DNA of 64,000 nucleotides from Yuukianura sp. NJ FZ-2021 (Eukaryota): NCBI GenBank assembly GCA_046563655.1, contig CM102289.1, positions 1,116,001 to 1,180,000 of the forward strand, read 5' to 3'. Shown piece by piece: positions 23,864 to 36,062 of this stretch (position 1 is its first letter; each line of letters starts with the position of its first letter). The notes under the pieces were generated by a model. It saw only the letters and a program-made list of their open reading frames with translations, ran no database searches and was not told where the DNA came from. The position numbers and the translations under genes were made by a program.

Positions 23864-26341
23864 ATGTTGACATTATTGTTTTCCATACTTTTGTTTTCAA
23901 AAGTAAGTTTTTGTTCTAAAATTTTGAATTTGAACCACTGGTTGTCTCCATTTTCCAACTGTCATCTGCATATCATCAGTCATGTGACTCTTGATTTTGA
24001 CGAATTTGAAACTCCCGTTATCCTGGAAGACGTTTTGTATGGCAACTACACAAGTTGGATTAACCAATCGGCTGGAGCTCGTATCGGACCGTACAACTGG
24101 GATCACGAGGAGCCGTTTCTGGCAAATACTTTTACACGATTTAACAAAACGCGGTTGGTCAGCTGCACTCTACCTCTACCTACCGATAACAATCTAACGC
24201 TCGTTCCGTTCAACTGGGCATGCGTGGTACATGTTCTCTTGATTCCGCAATTTAACCAAAGCGGTTATCGCGACTACATTTTATGGAAGCTACTGCCCGT
24301 TTCTGCTTCTTTGGTCAACTACTTCAATCCCTTCGGCAGAAATCAAATCCCCCTAGACACCGTCCAATACTGGCCGAATGCAGAAATAAGAGCCTCGGGC
24401 CAATATTTTCTGTTTTTCGGTACTTTCAACACTTTTAACCGCCTCTGGGTCAATGCTCTCAATATCCGCATCAGCGTTGGGCAAAACACGAAGAACTTGG
24501 TTTTTCTACTTTCCCGCCAACAATTTTTAGAACAAAACTACTACTTACACAACCAGTCAATGATACACATTTGTGCTCTGTGCAGGGCACCATTCAAATG
24601 GTTTTACATTTTGAATTTTAGTAGGATAGGATTGGAAAAAGAGTGGAAATATTGGGAAACTTGGAACAATTGCTCAGATGTTGCTTGGGACATTGGAATT
24701 TGGCCACAAATCTATCTTCCTGAATACAATGTAAGGGAATTCGGTGGGAAAACAACACAGAAGCAAATTGTAAAATTCAAAAATGTTGAGGCACGAAATT
24801 TAAAAAGTTCAACAATCAACGTCAACTTCATTCTGGTCAACCTTGTTTTGCCCAAAATGAGGGCAAATGCTAGAATCAACCATTTTGCAAATCAGTATGG
24901 CCCAACATCTAAAATAATTTTTGATGTCATGAACGGTCCATTTTTCAGGCAAGAAATGCAGTTTCGGTTTATCACATGTGATGGCGCACTCTACGAAGGA
25001 TTTAAATTTGATTCACTTTATTCTGCCATTGACTCCTTTGCTTGGATCTGTATCTCTGGAATCACAGTATTAGCATGGCTCGTTTCAAAACTTGTTTTGA
25101 AATTTCATAAAGTCGGGGGTCAGTGGCCACTTTTGGACATGGTGGGGTCACTGGTGGAGCAGAGCCTTGATGCACTTTTGAATCCAAAGGAGTTGAAGTC
25201 ACTTTATTGGATTTTGGCGCCTTGGCTGCTGACTACAATTGTGGTGATTACGTACTACAAAGGTGACATGACTACAGACATTACTGCACCGAAGCAGGTT
25301 GCGCTGCTCAAGTCTTTTGCTGAACTAATACAGCGCAACTACACAATTTACACAAAGGGATACCCACTTCATAATAAATTGGACTCTAAGTACGAAAAAA
25401 GAGATGATTGGGTCTTATTGTTTATTATGTTTACAGAAGTCGGTAAAATGTGGCTAACTTTCCGGCGTAATTATGACAAATGGAATACAACGGTAAATTA
25501 ATTTACTTAGGTAAATTTATTTAGGTTTCAAAATTTTCAAATAATATTTGCATTCTTCTATATATGAAGGCGTGCAGACTGCAATACCACTGAAAAAGTT
25601 GATAGCTCAAAGGACTAGAGTGCCTACTCAGGAAGAAGTATTGTGAGTTCGAGTCCCAAATGGGTCAATGATTTTTTTTGTTGGTTTCAGAAAGCATATA
25701 GCATCATAGTGTTGATAAGTGACTATCTTGTTATTCCCAAAAACAATACTGGATTTCTGGAGCGAATTTCAAAGGAGAAGGAAACTGCGTATGCTGACTG
25801 GGACTCCAGGCTACTGCCAGTTGACAACGCGCTGCAGGCGCAAGGAAGTTGTGAAGGTGGGAGGTTTCTTTCGCGCAGTAACGAAAGTTTGCTTAACGTT
25901 ACTGTTGGGTGGTACTTGGAACATTGGGTAGATCCAGGAATTCCGGACAGGTTGACCCACATTGAGGCCGGTGGGATTTACGAGTACTGGAGAAGTATGG
26001 AGTCCCACCTTAAGGAAATCCAGCTCGTCCGGACCCACGGTGTGGTTAACCACAAAGCTGTAAAAGAACTCAACCTGAGTGACAACATTGGTGGGATTTT
26101 TCTGGTCTACTTGGGCGCCACTGTCGTCCTTTTCTTATCCCTGGCTGCAGAATACATAGCTGATACTGTATCTGTAAAGTGGAACAAGAGGAAAAACAAA
26201 GTAGGAAAATTCAAAAGCAAAGAAGAAGAAATTTCCAAAAATTCAGAGTTAATTTTAAAAACTGTGGTAGGAGTTATGGCGATTGAAGTGCATGGGGGGC
26301 ATCCGATTCCTCCCTGTGTAAGGAGGAATCGGATAACCTAA
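23864..26341 (+). CDS. Divergent IR-like protein, paralog c (exons 23864-25492, 25691-26341)
   Basis: Same motifs; shorter intron keeps the tRNA-like element (~25595-25667) but lacks the palindrome. Confidence 0.75.
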
Positions 26342-26712
26342 CCTAACCTTTCGAACTCGAACCTGGCTATTTTTCTAGGTTCGAAGTTCGAACTTGACTC
26401 AAAAGAGTTCGAACTTACACATCAATATTGGCAAATATCCAACAATGCATGGATTTCAACCAAAGCCGAAGCATATTGCAACTGAAAGTAGCTTTAGTCA
26501 CTTTAAACCTATTGTTTTTAGTTAGTTTTTGAAAAAGAATTCAAATACAGAGGGAAATGCACTTCAGATGTGAATTGCGAAATTTATCACCCTCACCATT
26601 TTTTCACCGCCCCTTGAATTTTACACGTAAAAAAAGGTTCGAAAGTTCGAACTTGCTCTTCAGAAATTTCGAAGTTCGAACTTTTCATTTTTGGCCCGAA
26701 CTTGAAGCACTA
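26319..26712. mobile_element. hAT-like non-autonomous insertion rich in TTCGAA motifs
   Basis: TCCCTGTG(T) duplicated at 26311 and 26713; absent at the homologous site ~11740. Right end reads TAGTGCTTCAAG on the minus strand; left TIR not recognisable. Confidence 0.55.
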
Positions 26713-26727
26713 TCCCTGTGTGAAACT

Positions 26728-26870
26728 TTACGTGATAGTTCAGTTGGTAGTGAGCATCTTCAGGCATGAATAGGCTTGGGTTCGAGTCCCGCTCGGTTCT
26801 TTACTTTTTCTGCACTCACTCTTTGTTTCTCTAGCCGTGTGACACCCCTCAAACTTCACAGAGTGTAAAA
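26728..26870 (+). mobile_element. tRNA-derived SINE-like element
   Basis: TAGTTCAGTTGGTAG and GGTTCGAGTCCC; orthologous to the 11751 copy. Confidence 0.6.
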
Positions 26871-27118
26871 CGACAATTGCCGTAAAACCTAACTGAATTT
26901 GAAGATTCTATAAATATATTGTCCAACGGTACTAACACTTCATCCAAAAATATAATGTTAAAAGTCCCCTTCTGAAGTGTGTGGCTGTTATTTCAAAATC
27001 CCTTTCAGTTTCATTTTGTTGTTCAGAAAAATTTGAAATCATCAAACTTATAATATCTTGTTCCATAAAATCAAAAAGCCTAAAAAATTCCAGTTCGTTA
27101 AAAATTCTAACACCACCA

Positions 27119-27919
27119 ATGAAAAATTCAGCTCACAATCAGTTGAAGTTTATTTTCATAATTTATTTCGTGTCTTGTCTACTTTCGTCCACTGCTTTCG
27201 AAAACTATGGAGTGGGCAAAGGCTTCAGTTCGTCAGTTCCAGTCATTTCAAAATTCACGCCAAATCGATACTCCAAAATCACAAGTCAGAAGGTCACTAA
27301 TGCAATTTTATCTGAACCGTATGACCCAAACGCTAAATCAAAAATTTCAGTTCACCCAAAGTTCTGGAATCCAATCGAAGTTGGTTCCGTTTCACCGCAG
27401 CATCAATTTCCAAACGAATCTAAACTAAATCAAAATCCCAATAATTTTCAAAAACAACTTCCAAAATTGGCGCATCTATCAAATTTTCTAACTACAACGA
27501 CCACGGAACAACCGAAAACGAGTGGAGTTAGCTTTGTATACTCTAGCAACTTTTTAGAAGACAAAGATGATACTGATTCTGCGCAGTACGATTCTGCTGA
27601 GTATGCTGAAAGCAGAGACGACGAAGATGAAAATGAGGAAGACTACACAAGTGATGACACATCAAGTGAATCAACAAACAACGCAACTTCAACTCAACTT
27701 TTTGGAACGGATTTTCAACCGGGACGACTCGTCAATATTTTTTTTGGACTCATTTTGATAATTTTTATGCTAGTGAGCCATGGCTACTTTCTGTGGTTAA
27801 TTGGACTTGCATTTCTACCAGGCACAAGGTCATTGGACCAATGGGACTTAAATACAGAAAGGTTAGAGGTCATTGCCAACAGTATATTAGATGTTGTTGA
27901 CTACATTTTGAACAATTAA
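27119..27919 (+). CDS. Uncharacterised membrane/secreted protein with acidic tract and C-terminal hydrophobic segment
   Basis: Intronless ORF: hydrophobic N-terminus, D/E-rich stretch, TM-like IFFGLILIIFMLVSHGYFLWLIGLAFL. Confidence 0.6.
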   Translation: MKNSAHNQLKFIFIIYFVSCLLSSTAFENYGVGKGFSSSVPVISKFTPNRYSKITSQKVTNAILSEPYDPNAKSKISVHPKFWNPIEVGSVSPQHQFPNESKLNQNPNNFQKQLPKLAHLSNFLTTTTTEQPKTSGVSFVYSSNFLEDKDDTDSAQYDSAEYAESRDDEDENEEDYTSDDTSSESTNNATSTQLFGTDFQPGRLVNIFFGLILIIFMLVSHGYFLWLIGLAFLPGTRSLDQWDLNTERLEVIANSILDVVDYILNN

Positions 27920-28471
27920 CATAGCATAACATAATAAAACTAAAAATACACACACTAAATGTTGTGAAATGCGGTAAAAAAAATTGTTGCATTGTTAAAA
28001 ACAGGAAATAAATTTTGAAAAAAAAAAGTTTCAATGGTTATCTATTTTTTCCAGCCAATTGAATGAGACAGAAAGCAATTAGCAAAAATTTGTGAAAGGA
28101 GAAATTTTTGAAACTAGTTTAAAGCTAGTTACTAACTGAAAACCAGATTAACAAATGGAAAAGATTAACAGAAATGCAGAAACTTTTTGTAAAGACGAAG
28201 AAAATGTATTCGTGGTGCAATAAGGAAAACTTTGTTGACTTTGGTCCCAACGCCACGTGGAAGAGAGTGCTTCCCATAATTTCCAGTGCACTTTGTATGG
28301 AAATGTTTAAAGTTAACTTAAGTTGAGATGTTAACTACGTTAACATTAGAGTGCTAATAATTTATTTTTACCTGGTTCAAGTATCTGTGCAAAACCAGGC
28401 AGAAGCAATCAGAATTTTGAAAGACTGGCAGATCCAATAAGACTTAGGAAATTTTGAGACGTTTTTCCAAA

Positions 28472-31400
28472 ATGCAAGGAAATCGACGTGCGTCGTTTGC
28501 AGTTTTTCTGGATAAATTTCGTTTTCGGTCAGACTCACTTCCACTTCCAGGGTAAAAAAAAGTGAAACTTTTTGAAAAGTGATAAGTAAAACATACAAAA
28601 AGTGAAAATTTCTAACAAAAATTTTTTTAAAATTTATTTTGTCTTACTTTCCATATTTTGTTTTATGTACGCTGTAGATTGATTCCGGTCGGTCGTGGAT
28701 CACCTCTGTTTGCTCCTGTTAGTACTTCACCCGAACTGACTACACCGGGACCTGAAATTTCAATTTTGCCGCCAATACCTCCACTTTCAAAAAACGACGG
28801 CGGGAAATTTGAAAAACACGAGCTAATCAGCATTCCTTCTCGAAATGAACAAAATTTGAAATTTCAAGAAATTCATCCCGATGACTTTTCAGACTCGGAC
28901 GTTTTCTGTCCAAAAAATGAGTTCACTGTTGTCCCTATCAAAAAAGTGCCAAATGACAGAGAATGGAAGAAAGAACTGTCTAGGAGAAGAGGAAAGTAAG
29001 ACAAGTTTATTTTTTCGAAAAACTTCCATAAAAAATGTTCATAAAATTTTTTCGAAATTTTATTTTTCAGTGACGCTCTGGGCGTTGTCTTGTCTGCTCT
29101 TTACGGAAAAATGCTCCTCGTCATGGGAATTGCGTTTCCAATGTCCGAAGTTATCTCCACCTATATTCCACCCTCCTTTTATGACGTAACATTTTCCGAA
29201 AAAAACTTTTGATTTATAAATAGTATTTATTTATATATTTATTATTTATTTATATATTTTATTGTATCATAGGGGTTCTACCTTTACTTGTACTTTGGAA
29301 GCATTGCTTTCATGATCAGCGTTTATGGAAATACGTTGAGGCAAAAAGCAACCAAATCCGTCCGCAGCACTATCCATAGTAAGCATAACTAAAAATTTTT
29401 TTTTAAATTGAACTCAATTTAAAAAAAAAATTGTATCAATTTCATGCATTTTCTGATTTTTTCAAAAAATTTCCGAAAATTTCAAAATGGTTCTACTCAG
29501 AACTGAATGCGTTGAAACTGCGACGTGGGAAAATTTCGTCATCGGATGTCCAGGGGAATGCGGTCACCATTGACCCAGGTCAAGGTCAAGGTCAGTCATG
29601 TGACACGAGTGACAGTGACCAAGCACACTACTGCGCAGAATCACAATTTTCTTCTGTAAGGTCATCTCCAGGTCACGTTGAAAAAGAACGACTCCATTTT
29701 GGCAGTTTCTACCTAAGAATTGGAGCTGTTGGTAAATTAAACATTGCAAATTGAGAAACTTCCAACTTAAACAAGTGCAAATTTAAATTGCAAATTCAAA
29801 CTGTAGTTTCTTAATTGCTTGGACTTTAGCCTTTGGAATTGGCAGTATGATTTATTCTGGACTGGAATTTGGGCAGTACTTTGAGCTCGTACCAGAGACA
29901 AAATGCCACAACATCATGATCGCTCTGACACCACTTGTGCGCATGATCTTCACTTTTGCTCAAATGTACTTCATTTTTATGAATTCGAAGATTGCAGTTT
30001 CCTCTGTTCGTCTGGGAAGTCAATTTGGCCTCATGCACATGATTGGCACGAATCTCTGTGTTTGGCTCAATGTGCTCGTTCAGGAAACTAGACACGAGAT
30101 TTTACGTTTCTACAATCCAGATAACGGCACTTTTTCAACCAATTTTGCACCAAATCCATTCAAAATCCTGGAATCTGCTGATGCTAAAAATTTGTTGGCG
30201 GGAAATGACAATGTTACGGAAATGTTGCCGGGAAATTTGAATTTTACTGCTCCGAATCGTGTAAGAAGAGGATTGCGTGGACCACATTCGATTTATGAAT
30301 GCAGGAGAACAGACATTTTTGGATCTTTAGTTCAGACTTCGTCTCAATTTTTGTTTCCATGCACAATCGAGTACTCGCTGATCTGCGCTGCCATTTTGTA
30401 CGTCATGTGGCGCAGTATCGTCAAAAAACGGGCCATGATTATGAAAAGCATGCAATCGGGAACTAAAAAAGTAAGTTTTGGGACAGCCGCCTTACAATTG
30501 CTCCATTTTTCGAGAGTATGAAAAAAGGAGTCAGATAGCTCACGGGTTAGAGTGCTTCCTGGACAGAAAAGATGTGGGTTCGAATCCCACTCGGTTCCTT
30601 ATTTTTTTTACACTGTTGTTCTTTGTCTCCAAGTCATACGACCCTTTGAAGGTCACACAACTAGCTAATTAACCTAACTTATTATGTTTTTAGGCAATTG
30701 TAAGAGCACAACGACCACCACATCACTACTCCGTCGACTGTGCACATGCCCACAAAGGCCTCTTTGTTGGCATTTTTGCTTTTGTCATGACCGTCATCAG
30801 CCTCATACTTTTTTTCGTGTTGACGGCGCGTCCTGGATACCAAACCATGGCAACGCTGGAAGTAAACATTACTGAACTAGTACTGTACACACTAACCACC
30901 ATAGTTGTGCTAATAGGCATGTGTTAGGTATGCAAATCAATAATTTTCAAATTTTGAAAATCAAATTTTTTGAAAAAAAAAACTTGAAATTTAAAATTTT
31001 AGGTGAGGGAACTTCAGTTTGTAGAATCCAAAAACCTGGAACTGGACAACATTTTGCTGATTGTTGCCCAAACAGGCTCAATCATTTACAACATTTTTAC
31101 AATCATAGCTGGGCATTTCACACTACAAGAAAACACGCTTCTGATGCTAATCACTGCAGTTGCGTCAATGGTCCAACTTTTAGTCCAAACGCTGTTTATT
31201 CTGGATGCGTCAAAAAGATGCGCGTCGAATGCAGATCAAGCCAAAAGAAAACCCGGCAGAGAAGTCGTCACTTTTCTGCTTGTGACTAATTTTGCAATGT
31301 GGTTGATCAACACACTGGAAAAGTCAAGAGCAGATAGTCAAACTGTGCAGTTGAAATTTTATGGTGTTTGGGCATGGACATGTATCACACAAACTGTAAT

Positions 31401-31491
31401 GCCGCTAGCCATCTTCTACCGATTCCATTCTACCGTCTGCCTCTGTGATATTTGGAAAAAAGCTTTCAAACTCAAAACCATTTACCGCTAA
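28472..31491 (+). CDS. Otopetrin proton channel (multi-exon)
   Basis: Spliced exons give DALGVVLSALYGKMLLVMGIAFPMSEV, HFGSFYLRIGAV, FGLMHMIGTNLCVW, FLFPCTIEYSLI and PLAIFYRFHSTVCL, all otopetrin hallmarks. Confidence 0.92.
30527..30660 (+). mobile_element. tRNA-like element in otopetrin intron 30471-30693
   Basis: TAGCTCACGGGTTAGAG; GTGGG-TTCGAAT-CCCAC; T-run; shared body. Confidence 0.65.
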
Positions 31492-31715
31492 AATTTAAAG
31501 TTAAAAGTCACATTTCCAAAATAATGGGCCTTCTACACTTTGTTTAGCATTTGTATAAAAAATAAAAGGAATTGGGTCATCTTCGTTTATTTTTGTTTCT
31601 CAGAGGTCAAAGGCCCAACTTCTGAAAATATTTTTACTTGTTCAGGTTCTTGCAGATGCATCAACTTAAGAATAAGATTCTTCATTTTAATTATATTTAT
31701 GCTATTATATTATAT

Positions 31716-32021
31716 TTAATAGATACAGATGCACTGCTTGTTGACATTACAGAATCCATCTTTGGCTCCATGAAAAAACCTGCAGTCGCAATTGCAGTTC
31801 ACGACTGCTGGATAGTGACAACTGAATCCACCAAATGCTGCGACTGTCACATCAGCTACTATGGCTCCCAATCCAAAGGCTACTGGACCTAAAGGTGCCA
31901 AAAAATAATTCGCAATTTGAAAAAAAAATTGATAAGTGAAAAAATTTTGTTGCTGGTTTTAACTTTCGCAATATGGCTTACTTGTAGAGCAGAAAAGAAC
32001 CACGAGTGCAAACACGAACAT
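31716..32021 (-). CDS. Secreted CS-alpha-beta defensin-like peptide (exons 32021-31982, 31888-31716)
   Basis: Spliced product MFVFALVVLFCSTSPVAFG...FSCHYPAVVNCNCDCRFFHGAKDGFCNVNKQCICIY, with CxxxC, GxC and CxC. Confidence 0.65.
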
Positions 32022-32330
32022 TTTTTTCTTTTTTTTGAAAATGTTATTTGTCTGTTTGTTTGTTGGCTTGTCTCTTCCTGAAACTTTTTTCGATTGAAAG
32101 GCTAACAACTTTTTTAAACAAAATTTCTAAGAAGCATTTTTTATGCCTCGGGGTTCAGTAAAAAGTAAAAATAAAACATACAAAATTACCCAAAAATTTT
32201 TCAACGGCCAACTTTCAATCTATTTTTGTAGCTGAAAAAAACGAAACACGTTATGCCTTTGTTTCGAAAAAACAGTTTCAATTTTTTTTTCTTTAGTCAA
32301 GTTTTGGTCTTTTCACCAAAAAATATCGAA

Positions 32331-32885
32331 ATGGAAATTCTGAAAATTCCTGCCATTTTCCTAGGTAACATTAACGTATTGAAACACTTTTAAAAGAAAT
32401 TTTGATTTTGAATTTGGAAAATATTTTTTATTTTTTAAAATTTTAGTTGTTGTTGCAGTTGCTGCTGTCCTGTGTTCAAATCCTGCACCGGATTGCCAAA
32501 TTCCAATTTTTCTGGAACAGTGTGCCTTGAATAGGCCAGTTGCACGAACTTACTATGAAGCTCTATGCAATTTAGATTGTACTTGCAATCACGCTTCTCC
32601 TATTGGTGGAACTTGCAACTGGGCAGGAAAGTCCTGTCGCTGCAACTATCCCGACGGATACGACCTCTGGCATGCTAATGTAAGAATTCATAACAAAAAA
32701 AAATCCGAAAACTTCAAAATTTCAATTGATTTTTCAGATTTTTGATGAGATACTTTATTTCTTGTTACATCTAGAACACTGCGTGTATATTCCAGGATCG
32801 TGAGGAAGTAGAAAACATGATGCTCAGCATCTACGGTCGTCTTACACGTGAATTCAAATCAGAGTTGCCACAAGACAAGAAATAG
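32331..32885 (+). CDS. Secreted CS-alpha-beta defensin-like peptide (3 exons; last acceptor uncertain)
   Basis: MEILKIPAIFL|VVVAVAAVLCS..QCALN..LCNLDCTCNHASPIGGTCNWAGKSCRC.. Confidence 0.65.
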
Positions 32886-33380
32886 CGGCGCTAAAGTACA
32901 AAATTTTAAAAATTTCAGAGAATTTCATTTGTTCAAAATCAGTACAAACATGAAATAATTTTTAAGTCCGACAACTTCCCATGCTGCATTTCTCTAAAAA
33001 TTCCAAAAGGAAAAAGATATCTATAAAAGCGCAATAAAATGCAATGTTAATTAAATCTAATAAAAAATATCATAACATGAGTTAATTAGAAAACATACTA
33101 AAGTACTAATTTTCAGTAGACAATGACATATGTTAGACATTAACATATTTTAGTAGCCTAACAGCCAGACACCTAGTTTCTGCGTCTGTTTCTATAGCAT
33201 GCATTTCATTAACTATGGAGGAACTATTTTTTGTGTCTGTTTTGTAGTTAATTAAATCAAACCTAAGACAATTAATCACCGATTGGAACTTGATTTGCAA
33301 TACAGATCAGGGTGAACGTCCGACATGAAAACTGTATGCAATCTTTCAAATTTTATGTTCAGTCCAAAATCCAGTTCAAA

Positions 33381-35745
33381 ATGACGCGCCGAACAAGCGC
33401 AATTGGCGTAGTAATTTTTCTGAACTTGTTTGCTCTATTTCAAGCCGTATCCACTGAACAGGCACCGTTAACTGGCAAGGAAGCAATTCGGTGAGTACAA
33501 AGTATAAAATTTTGTCCTTAAATTTAAAAAGTGAGGAAAAATTTCAAAATGTGACGTCTGCTTTTTAAATTTTTGACGTATTTTACTTGTATAGGGACTT
33601 GTTAATTCCGTCGCTGTTTCCAAACGTGCCTCCTTCTATTAAATTTCCATCGTACAATGAAAGTGGCCGTGTTCTCCCTGATGCATTTCGAGGTCAGGTC
33701 AACTGGATGTCCGACAATCGTCAGCTCATTGCTGAAATTACACAAAAAGCGGGTAACTTTAAAAAAATACACATTTTTTCATACTTTGTAAAAATTAAGT
33801 GAAAATTTGAAAGTTTTAACACTTGTGATATTCTAAAGGTCTTACGTTAACAAATGACGGCGAGGAAGCCATCGGAAGTTGGAAGGCGCCAAGGCATTTG
33901 AAATCCAGAATCAGCGATTTCTGGAATTTTCCAAAATCAAAAAAATTCTTAAAAGTTCTCAAACCGCATCAAAAATTCAACCAGTTTCCAAATGCACAAA
34001 AACTTTTCACTAAAATAAAATTGGCAAATACCGTAAATCGAGCGGCACGAATATTCGGAAAAGAGGAATTCAACTTCACTCCGACGACGTTTATCTTGCC
34101 ATCACAAATGGAACAGTTTGAAGCTGCCTGGGAATCTGTTGAAGACAAAATATGGATTCAAAAAGCAGTAAAATTTTGAATTCTTCACCTCAAATTTCAA
34201 AATTTCAAAATCTATTCAAATTACCTCAAAATTTTAGTCGTTGATGTCCAGAGGTCGTGGAATTGAGATGATCAAGCATCCAACGGAGGTTAAGAGAGGG
34301 GGTATGCCGAGCGTGATTCAAAAGTACATCAGTGAGTCGTTTACATTGGAAGGAAACAAGTCACATTTGATCATGTACGCAATCGTCACGAGCATCAATC
34401 CTCTTCGGTAAGGTTCGGCTACCTTCGGAAACTTGAAAAAAAAATTGAACGTGATAGCTCAATTGATAGAGTGCATCTCACGGAGTGAAGGGATGTGGGT
34501 TCGAGCCCACTGCGTTATTTATTTTTTTTTCTGAAAAAATCTACAACAAAAATTTCGGAAATTTTATTTGTGCTGTTTCAGACTTTACTTACGAGACGAC
34601 CTGGCACTTACCGTGGGTTTGCAAAAGTTTTCCGTCGACGTGAATTCCCTCAACAACAAATGCGTCCACATTCCAAACTACGCAACTTTTGTCAAGTTAA
34701 AGTGCAACCGTGGCTATAAGTTGCCCGATCGAACTGACACGGAACGAACGGCGTAAGGTTTCCAAAAAAAAAAATGAAATTTCAAAATTTAGAACATACC
34801 TTAAAATTTCAAAATTTAATTTTCTTTAGACTTCAAACGGAATTCTACGACATGCTTAGCAGAAATAATCTCACGCATGATTCTTTCGTTGCAAAAATTG
34901 ATGATGCGATGATCAAGGCCATGTTGGCGTCCAGTTATTTCAGCAAATACTCCAATCGGAGAAGACCGAGCCACCAGAGTTCAAAGTACAACGAATTTCA
35001 CTACATGTCCATTGACTTTGCAATTGACACCAAAGGAATTCCGTATCTTCTTGAGGTCAATCACACTCCAACACTGCGCACAATCCACAGAGGTAACAAA
35101 GACACTGGATTGCATCGTAGAAAATCAGAAGCTCTTTCTGGTGGAATGACCATCGCTGGGTTTCAACTCCCACCGACACTTCCAGTTACTGCAAAGGTAC
35201 ATGCGTCTTTAGTGAAAATTTTCAGAATTTCAAACTTTGCAAAATTTTGATTTTCAGAAACTTGTTGCCGAAGTTTTAAACATATCGGATGACTTTGTGA
35301 CTTTTAATTCGCAACTGTATGGCTCCAACTTAACTGTGGAAGAAGAAACAAAACAAAATTATTTCGAACCGTTAGTAAATTTTAGAGAAAAGGTAAGGTT
35401 TACCTGAAATTTCGAGTTTTGAGAGAAAATTTTTGAATTATTTTGAAAAGCTTTGAGATTTGACCTTGAAGCTTTACTTTGTGGTAGTATTTGGACACCA
35501 TTTTGGAAAAGTTGACACCAGATGACGTGCGACATTTGATTGTGGCTGAAGATGAGCTGAATCGCATGAGATTCTACCGTCGAGTGTTTCCAGCTCCAGC
35601 AATGAGCAAGTATTTTCGATACATTCGGAATCCGTACTACGACATGCTGTATGATGCTTTCGAACAAAAATTCGGTAGAGACAGAGATGCTGGCAGACGC
35701 ATGCTGGCCAAGTTTGCACAAGAGAAGTATCACCTAAAACCATAA
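33381..35745 (+). CDS. Tubulin-tyrosine-ligase-like (TTLL4-like) ATP-grasp protein, multi-exon
   Basis: LIPSLFPNVPPSIKF, QKFNQFP, FTPTTFILP, SRGRGI, IQKYI, VTSINPLRLY, PYLLEVNHTP, LTPDDVRHLIVAEDELNR..RVFP. Confidence 0.8.
34447..34517 (+). mobile_element. tRNA-like element in TTLL intron 34408-34581
   Basis: TAGCTCAATTGATAGAG; GTGGGTTCGAGCCCAC; T-run. Confidence 0.6.
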
Positions 35746-36062
35746 AAAAAAACTTCTTGTTAAATCTTAAAAACTGTATTTAAAAAAAATGAAAAACAAC
35801 ACTTACGAATTATGGAAGATTTGTGAACGTAACTGATTTGTAACAAATCCTTCAACTCTCACAATCCACGATAAACTTTTAATTAAGAATTATAAATTAA
35901 CTGTTTATAATTAAGTTATAACAATTCGGAAGTTTGCAAACCGGGGAAAGAGAAACGTTTTAACAGCGAACGGTGCAGAGTCTTGGCGGGAAACTTGGAA
36001 AATTCATAAAACGTTAACGTTAAAGAAACGTTGAAGCTCCAGGCATGAAGATTTCAGACAAA

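Noticed and set aside
30527..30598. Functional tRNA genes (this and the other tRNA-like copies)
   Set aside because: Bulged or mismatched acceptor stems and inconsistent anticodon arms.
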